This document shows, in pieces, positions 57,063-64,000 of a stretch of DNA of 64,000 nt. The translations under genes were made by a program, and so were the position numbers. Origin of the DNA: a virus; the IMG/VR virus record IMGVR_UViG_3300042485_001041, positions 1 to 64,000 of that record. One strand, given 5' to 3'. Numbering within the stretch: the first letter of the stretch is position 1; each line of letters opens with the position of its first letter. A model generated the notes under the pieces. That model saw only the letters and a list, made by a program, of their open reading frames with translations, was not told the DNA's origin and did no database searches.

Positions 57063-57120
57063 AACTTCATAAGAGGCTCCTGGGTATGAGCACGCAAAAA
57101 CTACCCCTATACTTCTCCTT

Positions 57121-57384
57121 ATGTCTAAAACACAAGATAAGCGTTTACAGAAGAAACAAGACCATGCGGAATTCCTTTGGAAGGACGCCCAATTAAAAGC
57201 GGCACTGGCTAAGACAGAGTTAGATCTAGCCGTAGAAACATTTAAGGATTTAAATAAAGAAATGACAACAGAACAGATATCAGCAACCCAAGAACAAGTA
57301 GAGATACAATACAAACGCATTGAGCAGTACCTAATGTCAGAAAAAGAACTCTATTTAGAACGTATGGGAATCCAACTAGATTGA
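57121..57384 (+). CDS. Coiled-coil hypothetical protein
   Basis: TATACT 7 nt before ATG. Confidence 0.55.
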   Translation: MSKTQDKRLQKKQDHAEFLWKDAQLKAALAKTELDLAVETFKDLNKEMTTEQISATQEQVEIQYKRIEQYLMSEKELYLERMGIQLD

Positions 57385-57418
57385 TAATAGGTACAACTGA
57401 GGGGGAATCGAGAACGGT

Positions 57419-57772
57419 ATGAGGAACTTAATGAAGAGTTTAAACAATGTATTAATGCGCATTGTCGCAGTTTTTGCAGCAAGTGGTCTTAGTGTTATTG
57501 GTGCTGGTGCAATCGCTGGCATCTCAACTGTTAAGGCAATTACAGTTGCAGGACTAACAGCAGTAGCAGCAGTTATCGAAAAGTTGGCTCGTGCTTTTAT
57601 GGACGATGGAAAACTAACTCTAGACGAAATCAACGCCGCGTTTTCAACCGTTGATAAGGGTGCAAAGACTGTGGCAGATGTAGAAGTAGAAGATCGTCAA
57701 GCAAAGACTAAAACTAAAGCAGCAGGTCTTATTTCAGTTCCTGCTAAAGAAGACGACCCTAACTACAACTAA
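57419..57772 (+). CDS. Holin-like membrane protein
   Basis: Two TM segments; DDGKLTLDEI tail; near endolysin. Confidence 0.55.
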   Translation: MRNLMKSLNNVLMRIVAVFAASGLSVIGAGAIAGISTVKAITVAGLTAVAAVIEKLARAFMDDGKLTLDEINAAFSTVDKGAKTVADVEVEDRQAKTKTKAAGLISVPAKEDDPNYN

Positions 57773-57951
57773 CCTCTGCTATCTGTAGAGTAAAAGCCGC
57801 CGCCTCTAAAGGCTAGGCCAAATTGAGAGTAAACACGTTGAAGAGCGTAGCCACACTTGTCGCAGACATAATTAGGTTCTGCATCATGGATGCTACGCTC
57901 TTTTTCGTAATCTAAATCGCACTCAATACATGCGTACTCGTATTTAGGCAT
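57769..57951 (-). CDS. FmdB-family zinc-ribbon protein
   Basis: MPKYEYAC..C, C..CG..L.RVYS, F.G.GFYSTDSR. Confidence 0.8.
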   Translation of the reverse strand: MPKYEYACIECDLDYEKERSIHDAEPNYVCDKCGYALQRVYSQFGLAFRGGGFYSTDSRG

Positions 57952-58119
57952 GTGTCTTGTCAATCATTTGTTTTCTCCAATTTATGCTTGTGCTCACAAT
58001 ATCGTGCCAGACTTGCAACTACAAATATCTTACGGCAGTATGAGCAAGTAAACCTTTTTAGGTCATCCACTCCACCATTATGTCCGTACACCGAGAGATA
58101 AAAGGGGCAAAATAGAGAC

Positions 58120-58284
58120 ATGTTATCTGAGCCACAATTTAAGGAAAAGGCTAGTATCGAACTAAACGGTGCGATGCCTATGGACTCTAAGTTTGATGGC
58201 CCTTCATCTCCTAAAGCAAACAAACAAGATGGAGTGATGGTAGCGAATAAAGACCTGATGCTTGCTAAGCCAGGGTTCTTTTAA
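58120..58284 (+). CDS. 54 aa tagged peptide (not in ORF track)
   Basis: MLSEPQF..., same start as 22400 (MLSQPQF); TAATG-coupled to next gene. Confidence 0.55.
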   Translation: MLSEPQFKEKASIELNGAMPMDSKFDGPSSPKANKQDGVMVANKDLMLAKPGFF

Positions 58285-58484
58285 TGACTAACATCGTCGA
58301 TGCTAGAGAGCCAATAACTCTTTCAGATCGATGCGATACCTGCGGTGCTGGTGCGATGGTTCGTGCAACGATGTTAACTGGTGAGTTGTATTTTTGTGGG
58401 CACCATGCTCGCAAACTTGGAACTAGTTTAGTTTTACAGGCTGTTGACGTGTATGACCCAGAAGGAGCGTTTAACTTTGGATAG
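58284..58484 (+). CDS. Small actinobacterial-type zinc-finger protein
   Basis: DRCDTCGA.A.......GELYFCGHH. Confidence 0.7.
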   Translation: MTNIVDAREPITLSDRCDTCGAGAMVRATMLTGELYFCGHHARKLGTSLVLQAVDVYDPEGAFNFG

Positions 58485-58854
58485 ATACGAAACTGGTAAA
58501 GGACTGATGGGTGGGCCTGGTGGGACTTACGGTCGATACTCTGTAGGCCCTGCTGTATCAGCGGAAGGAAAAAGAATGCGCAATTTATCAACTCAGTTTG
58601 ATACTGCTGAAGATATTGAAGAGAGACAACGGAAACGCTTTGGCCGTAGACGTGAGTCAGGTTATACTGGCGCAGGATTCTGGTTCTTTAATTATCCAAA
58701 TATGATTGGTTCAGTTGGTTCAGGAACAGACCCGCGTGATACTGGAAGAGGCCAAGACCAAACAGTGAGCGGCAACGGTGATGTTGCTTCAGCAACTGAT
58801 GGAACTGGAATGGGCGGCACTGCTGCAGGTTTTGTTGGAGGATTAGGTTCATGA
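58444..58854 (+). CDS. Gly-rich protein
   Basis: Internal NLSTQF; start probably the TTG near 58477. Confidence 0.55.
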   Translation: MTCMTQKERLTLDRYETGKGLMGGPGGTYGRYSVGPAVSAEGKRMRNLSTQFDTAEDIEERQRKRFGRRRESGYTGAGFWFFNYPNMIGSVGSGTDPRDTGRGQDQTVSGNGDVASATDGTGMGGTAAGFVGGLGS

Positions 58855-59066
58855 GTAATCAACTTAATCGTAAAACATTAATGGTTAATCAACGTAGCGG
58901 TATTAAACAACATTTTAATTACACACCTGATTTTTCGGCTAAATCAGTTGCAGAACCATCAATTATATCTTGGGCTCATAGAGGACGTGGAGTACAGGGA
59001 GAATCTGTTAACTCAACAAACAATGCGGCCAAGTTAATCGTTAATAAGAATTGGAAACCGCTATAA
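58851..59066 (+). CDS. Hypothetical protein
   Basis: Coupled ORF. Confidence 0.5.
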   Translation: MSNQLNRKTLMVNQRSGIKQHFNYTPDFSAKSVAEPSIISWAHRGRGVQGESVNSTNNAAKLIVNKNWKPL

Positions 59067-59102
59067 TCCCGTAGAGGGCATTTAGTATTCCGAGGGGAAT
59101 CC

Positions 59103-62093
59103 TTGAAAGCACTGCGTATACTCGCAGCACTATTCGTCGCAACTTCTTTTGCATTCTTTCCCGCACTAATCGCAACACCTACTTATGCGGCTACTCCTGC
59201 CACAACGCTGGCGGAATACAACGCACAGATTGCTGCCGCTACACAGGCAGTGGCTGCTGCTCAGGCTGCCGTTAACACAGCGCAATCAAATTACGATAGC
59301 AACTTAATTGAGCAAGCAACTGCATCTGGCTCTGGCTTAACTGCCAAGGTTTACAACAATACGATGAGCATGACGCCTAATGCGTCTGCTCTTTGTGCCA
59401 CGACTACTGTAAGCCAGATCAACTTTCAATGGGGTAGTGGTGGCATCTTAGGCTGTGACCCTGAAAGAGTTACTGTTAACTTTTATGGAACAATTACAGT
59501 GCCTACTACAGGCACATACCAATTTAGAAACATTGCTGATGATGGTTTCTACATGACTATTAATGGTCAAGTAGTTGTAGATGAATGGGTAGACAAGGGC
59601 TGTAATGGCAGCCTAGGTGCTGGTATTCAATTGACTGCTGGAACTGCTTACACTATTGATGCGTGGTTTTACGAAAACAGTGGTGGAGCCTGCTCTATGC
59701 TCTATGTATACGAACCTTCAGGTAACTATCAAGTAGTTCCTGCATCTTGGTTTGGTCAAACTGCAGTAGTGACAATGGTTAAAGACCCAGCGCTACTAGT
59801 TATCCTACAGAACGCACAAACAGCATTAGCAGATGCACAGGCTGCACTGGCTGCAATCCCACCTTATACAGCACACGTAGATGCGCCAAGTAATTTGACG
59901 TTAACTGATAATCCTGGCGCATCAACAATAACTTTAAACTGGAGCGCTCCTACTACAGGAGACCCAGTAGAGCGTTACGCAATTTCTTGGACTACTGCAG
60001 GGTTTAATGGTTGGGGTATTGCTACTGGAAATGTTGGCGATGCTAATGCGTTAAACACTTTTATAACTATAAATTATTCGGTAATAGCACAAGCAGGTTT
60101 AGATAAAACTTACACCTTTAGCATTAGATCAGATAACGACACATTACGTTTGTACTCTGGTATTTCTAATTCTGTGGATTTTTATCTTCCAGCGCCGCCG
60201 CCAGTGATCGTGCCTGAGCCAAGCGCGAGTCCTTCGACAAGTCCAAGTAGTGATCCCACTCCTGAGCCGACTCCCAGTACTCAGCCTTCGCCTTCTCCGT
60301 CAACCACACCCCAGCCCAGCCCAGAACCATCAGTAGAACCCAACCCAGAAACAGAGCCTTCTCCATCGCCTACCCCTTCCGCGCCAATCGAGCCTTCTCC
60401 AACTCCAGTACCTTCACCTTCGCCTTCAACGGAGCCGAACCCAACACCCACCCCAGAACCGTCCCCAAGCCAAACATCACCAGCAGTAGAACCGACTCCA
60501 TCACCTTCTCCTTCTCCAACAGGGCCAACTGCTGAAGAGTTGGCAATAGCAGCCGCTACTGCAGAAGTAGCAAGACTAGCAGAAGTGGCAAGACTAGCAG
60601 AAGTAGCAAGACTAGCAGAGGTAGAAAGACTTGCAGAGATTGCTAGGTTAGCAGAGGCAGCAAGATTGGTAGAAGTAGCAAGGCTTGCAGAAGTGGCAAG
60701 ACTAGCAGAGGTGGCAAGGCTTGCAGAAGCAGAAAGACTTGAGGCTGCCCGTATAGCAGCAGCGGTTGAGGCTGCTCGCGTAGCAGCAGAAGTTGAGGCT
60801 GCCCGTATAGCAGCAGAGGTTGAGGCTGCTCGCGTAGCAGCAGAAGCAGCAGCCCAAGCAGAGGCTGACAGAATTGCTGCAGAAGAAGCAGCAGAAGAAG
60901 CAGCAAGAATTCAAGCAGAAATAGAAGCCAAGGCAGAAGAAGAACGTATAGAAGCGGAAATTGAAGCAGCAAGAATTCAAGCAGAAATAGAAGCCAAGGC
61001 AGAAGAAGAACGAATTGCAGAAGAAATTAAAGCAGCAGAAGAAAAAGCAGAGGCAGAGGCAAAGGCAGAAGAAGAACGTATAGCGGCGGAAGAAGCGGCA
61101 GCCAAAGCGGAGGAAGAGCGCATTGCTGCTGAAGAGGCAGCAGCCAAAGCAGAAGAAGAGCGTTTAGCCGCTGAAGCATTAAAGGCCGAGCAAGAAGCAG
61201 AGGCCGCTGCTAAGGCAGAGGAAGAACGATTAGCAGAAGAAGAACGGTTAAAAGCAGAAGCAGAAGCCAAGGCAGCAGAAGAAGCGGCAGCAAAAGCCGA
61301 GGCTGAAGCAGAAGCCGCAGAAGAAGCAAAGTTAAAGGCAGAGGCAGATGCTAAGGCTGCAAAAGAAGCCGCTGAAAAAGCAGCAGAAGAAGCCAAAGCA
61401 AAAGCAGAAGCCGATCGTTTAGCCACAGAAGCAGCCGCTAAAGCAAGAGCAGAAGCAGAGGCTAAGGCAAAGGCTGAACAACAAGCCGCTTCTATTACAG
61501 ATGGAAAGATTACTGTTGCTGAGACTAAAGAAGTAGTTAATAACTTACTTTCCGATGGAAACATCACAAAGGCCGAAGTTACTGCTCTTGTTGAAACTCT
61601 AACTAAAGACGGGGAAGAGTTAACTTCAGAGGAGCGGACATTAGTTGCAGAGGTTGTTATTGCTCAGTTTGTTGGTGAAGCCGTTCCTTTAGCAACGTTA
61701 GTAGCGTCTGGTATCACTTATGCCGATCTTCCACCAGAACAACCTGTTGACGTTAGAACCGATGCAAACGGTAATGCCGTTATCATTACTGCAGAAGTTG
61801 CGGCACAAGTTGAACTGCTTCAAGATCCTGGCGCATTACTGGCTGAAGCATTCTCAGATCCAGGTGCTGCTCTTGCGGCACTTGGAAGTATCGGTGCAGA
61901 CATGAGCGCTGAAGAGCGTGAAGAATCAACACAAGCAGTTGTTGCAACAGTAGTTGCTGCAGGTGCAGCAATTAGTGCAGCAGCAAGTGCAGCAACATCC
62001 GCAGCAACTGGCTCTGCAGGTTCAACTGGAGGCGGAAATTCTGGTGGAGGAACTCCATCAGGACAATCAGGCGTTAGGAGACGCAAACAGTGA
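59103..62093 (+). CDS. Large surface protein: signal peptide, PA14, Fn3, Pro/Ser/Thr linker, Glu/Ala coiled coil, hydrophobic C-terminus
   Basis: INFQWGSG, G.I..P.TG.Y.F...ADDG, FYEN.GGA (PA14); P.NL..LNWSAP (Fn3); AEVARL repeats. Confidence 0.85.
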   Translation: MKALRILAALFVATSFAFFPALIATPTYAATPATTLAEYNAQIAAATQAVAAAQAAVNTAQSNYDSNLIEQATASGSGLTAKVYNNTMSMTPNASALCATTTVSQINFQWGSGGILGCDPERVTVNFYGTITVPTTGTYQFRNIADDGFYMTINGQVVVDEWVDKGCNGSLGAGIQLTAGTAYTIDAWFYENSGGACSMLYVYEPSGNYQVVPASWFGQTAVVTMVKDPALLVILQNAQTALADAQAALAAIPPYTAHVDAPSNLTLTDNPGASTITLNWSAPTTGDPVERYAISWTTAGFNGWGIATGNVGDANALNTFITINYSVIAQAGLDKTYTFSIRSDNDTLRLYSGISNSVDFYLPAPPPVIVPEPSASPSTSPSSDPTPEPTPSTQPSPSPSTTPQPSPEPSVEPNPETEPSPSPTPSAPIEPSPTPVPSPSPSTEPNPTPTPEPSPSQTSPAVEPTPSPSPSPTGPTAEELAIAAATAEVARLAEVARLAEVARLAEVERLAEIARLAEAARLVEVARLAEVARLAEVARLAEAERLEAARIAAAVEAARVAAEVEAARIAAEVEAARVAAEAAAQAEADRIAAEEAAEEAARIQAEIEAKAEEERIEAEIEAARIQAEIEAKAEEERIAEEIKAAEEKAEAEAKAEEERIAAEEAAAKAEEERIAAEEAAAKAEEERLAAEALKAEQEAEAAAKAEEERLAEEERLKAEAEAKAAEEAAAKAEAEAEAAEEAKLKAEADAKAAKEAAEKAAEEAKAKAEADRLATEAAAKARAEAEAKAKAEQQAASITDGKITVAETKEVVNNLLSDGNITKAEVTALVETLTKDGEELTSEERTLVAEVVIAQFVGEAVPLATLVASGITYADLPPEQPVDVRTDANGNAVIITAEVAAQVELLQDPGALLAEAFSDPGAALAALGSIGADMSAEEREESTQAVVATVVAAGAAISAAASAATSAATGSAGSTGGGNSGGGTPSGQSGVRRRKQ

Positions 62094-62254
62094 AACTAAT
62101 AAAAGACATGGTTGAACAACTGTGGACACTACTTGGAATGTTTATTGCTTGGGTAGTTCTTGACGGAAGTGCGAAAACCATCGTTGGTTACGCAATTATT
62201 GCAACTCTATTTGCATGGGCTATCACGTATCCCCTGCGTAATCGAGACGAATAA
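62090..62254 (+). CDS. Small two-TM protein (not in ORF track)
   Basis: GTG start; QLWTLLGMFIAWVVLDGSAKTIVGYAI. Confidence 0.6.
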   Translation: MKLIKDMVEQLWTLLGMFIAWVVLDGSAKTIVGYAIIATLFAWAITYPLRNRDE

Positions 62255-62292
62255 GGGATTATTTCCCTTGAGGGCATTTAGTTAGGAGAAGT

Positions 62293-62484
62293 ATGGATAT
62301 CAAGACACTAAAGGCTGCAGGAGCAACTTGGCTTCGTGCATCGATTGCCGCTGTTGCGGCCCTGTACATGGCAGGAATTACGGACCCAAAGACATTGGCT
62401 AACGCTTTTGTTGCAGGTTTGCTCGGACCAGCAGCAAAGTTTGTTAATCCAAAAGATCCATCATACGGCTTAGGCAAGAAGTAA
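62293..62484 (+). CDS. Holin-like membrane protein
   Basis: TWLRASIAAVAALY, NPKDPSYG. Confidence 0.6.
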   Translation: MDIKTLKAAGATWLRASIAAVAALYMAGITDPKTLANAFVAGLLGPAAKFVNPKDPSYGLGKK

Positions 62485-62502
62485 CTTAGGAGAGATGCAC
62501 CA

Positions 62503-62892
62503 GTGACAACGTTCTTTACAACCATGGGCATTGTCGCTGGTGCATTCATAAGCATAGGAGTGCTGTTGAGTCCCTTGTATAAGAAGACTAGACGTTTTAT
62601 GCAATGGATGGAACGGTTCATGCGCGACTGGGAAGGTGAACCTGCTGAACCAGGTAGAGACCGTGTTCCAGGCGTTATGGAGCGCTTGAACAGTATGGAT
62701 GGGGAACTAAGTCAAAACGGTGGCTACACCACTGTAAAGGACCGTGTAGACCGTCTGTACGAGAACCAGGCTAAGGTTATGGAAAATCAGGATAAAGTCC
62801 TAGAAGCCTTCGTAGAATTGGGCGAAAGATTAATCGCCATTGAAAATTGTTTAACTAAAACTGAGGTTGATACTACAAAGTACGGAATTTAA
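62503..62892 (+). CDS. Membrane protein with coiled coil
   Basis: N-terminal TM; DW.GEP, PGVMERL, NGG...KD.VDR. Confidence 0.65.
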   Translation: MTTFFTTMGIVAGAFISIGVLLSPLYKKTRRFMQWMERFMRDWEGEPAEPGRDRVPGVMERLNSMDGELSQNGGYTTVKDRVDRLYENQAKVMENQDKVLEAFVELGERLIAIENCLTKTEVDTTKYGI

Positions 62893-62906
62893 GGGAAGAT
62901 AGATAC

Positions 62907-63266
62907 ATGAGTAATCAGTTTATGTCCAAGGACTGGAACCCAGCCATCGGCATAGTGCAGGCAATTGACGCAATTGCTAATATTAAAACACACTCTGATA
63001 ATCATCATTATCAAACTGCAATGAAGCATCAACAGGTTAATCATGATAACCTACAAAACCATACAAGAGAAACTCCAACGCCATCCAATACTGGAGCACC
63101 AGTACCTGGTTATAAAAAGCGTGGAAGTAACATCACACCCGAATCGACAGGAGCACCCGTGCCAGGAGCAAACAAAGCAACAGGTAAGATCACCCCAAAA
63201 CACACTAAGGCTTACCCTAAAAAATTAAAACAAACTCCCCCTGGAACTAAGCCAAAGAAGAAGTAA
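62907..63266 (+). CDS. Basic disordered protein
   Basis: TP..TGAPVPG repeated twice. Confidence 0.55.
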   Translation: MSNQFMSKDWNPAIGIVQAIDAIANIKTHSDNHHYQTAMKHQQVNHDNLQNHTRETPTPSNTGAPVPGYKKRGSNITPESTGAPVPGANKATGKITPKHTKAYPKKLKQTPPGTKPKKK

Positions 63267-63616
63267 TGGCTGGCGCACTTAACCCAGATAACGATTCCTA
63301 CTCCCACTTTAATGCTGGAGTAGATTCTCGTCATGCCCCAATGAGTGCAATCGATAAGAAGATGCTTAACTTTGCTATAAAACTAGCACAGCAACCAGCA
63401 ACTAAAACTCATGGTCAAATACTTAACAACTTTGGCATGTACCCTCCAGAGTTCTGGTTAAGGGCTCAGCGCATGACTGGTCACCCAGGTATTTCAAAAC
63501 GACAAAAAGCAAAATTAGATGAGGTCTTTCCTGACCCTTCACGACCAGGCCCTATGAGTGGCGGCGCCCCGATTGATACTAGTAAAAATAAGTTTAGCCA
63601 TGGATTGGAGTGGTAA
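63266..63616 (+). CDS. Hypothetical protein (possibly DUF3263-like)
   Basis: KKMLNFA.......I...FGM....FW pattern. Confidence 0.5.
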   Translation: MAGALNPDNDSYSHFNAGVDSRHAPMSAIDKKMLNFAIKLAQQPATKTHGQILNNFGMYPPEFWLRAQRMTGHPGISKRQKAKLDEVFPDPSRPGPMSGGAPIDTSKNKFSHGLEW

Positions 63617-63861
63617 TGAAATGCGCTAATTGCGATAACAATGCGTTGTTTATGTACCGCATGACCAGAAATAAAGCGCTTTATTATTGCGGTAAAGACC
63701 TTCCTAAGTTCTTAGATGAACGACGTAGAGCAGGGTTACTTGCTATTACTGAAGAGTTTACTAAAGAAAAGGAAATTGCCCTTGAGATTCTGTCAACTCC
63801 AGATCCAGAAGAAGAGCCAACCCCAATAGCAAAGAAGACAACTAAAAAGTCTGTTAAGTAA
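63616..63861 (+). CDS. Small zinc-binding protein
   Basis: KCANC....YYC...LP.FL. Confidence 0.55.
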   Translation: MKCANCDNNALFMYRMTRNKALYYCGKDLPKFLDERRRAGLLAITEEFTKEKEIALEILSTPDPEEEPTPIAKKTTKKSVK

Positions 63862-64000
63862 ATGAAGTTGATTCGCAAGTTTGCGGTGCAGGGTCATGCC
63901 GTACCCGCGTACTCACACAGTCCTAGAGGCCCATTTCCACCTGAAGTACTAGCAGAGCCACAGATGGATCAAAGCGAATATCACGCAGATTCTTTACATG
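63862..64000 (+). CDS. 5' part of a gene truncated by the window end
   Basis: ATG immediately after previous stop; frame open to window end. Confidence 0.45.
   Translation, partial: MKLIRKFAVQGHAVPAYSHSPRGPFPPEVLAEPQMDQSEYHADSLH

Noticed and set aside
60540-61480. 18-bp tandem repeats as a CRISPR or DNA-level array
   Set aside because: They vary at synonymous positions and encode AEVARL or AEEERI peptides; protein-level repeats with no spacers.
60166-62086. Several minus-strand ORFs opposite the PA14 gene
   Set aside because: Shadow frames produced by GCA/GAA-rich repeats that lack stop codons.

Overview
The whole window is a contiguous segment of a large tailed dsDNA phage genome. A baseplate J gene and a gp5-like OB-fold gene suggest a contractile tail. 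Two WhiB genes, an MSMEG_6728-like glycosylase and leaderless promoters point to an Actinobacterial host. No capsid, terminase, rRNA, tRNA or CRISPR array was recognised. Layout: (1) 1-4.8 kb baseplate/tail; (2) 5.4-21.9 kb replication/recombination (HTH initiator with internal iterons, DnaC, DnaB, DnaG, SNF2, SSB, PolA, RecA, resolvases, WhiB, Cas4-like nuclease, dNMP kinase, SpoVS); (3) 21.9-33.7 kb small basic proteins, nucleotidyltransferase, TGT-like protein and class II RNR; (4) 33.7-46.5 kb minus-strand early-type region (transglycosylase, tyrosine recombinase, second WhiB, MoxR/vWA) followed by about 1.6 kb non-coding DNA; (5) 48.1-64 kb small-protein cluster, lysis genes and a large PA14 surface protein. 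Best candidates for undescribed biology: (a) about 15-19 otherwise unrelated small proteins (ADP-ribosyltransferase-like, ParB/Srx-like, GNAT, disordered) share a short, mostly N-terminal (N/H)LSxxQF peptide, which looks like a common sorting or capsid-packaging tag for injected effectors; (b) a 15 kb block appears stripped of several 4-bp palindromes, with a G-quadruplex-type tract at one end and a 12-bp repeat cluster at the other, as expected for first-injected DNA; (c) the early transcript carries several 75-145 nt RNA elements closed by long stems; (d) the recombinase has an adjacent dif-like 11-6-11 site and an operator-covered promoter. All motif counts were made by eye and protein families were assigned from motifs, not database searches.
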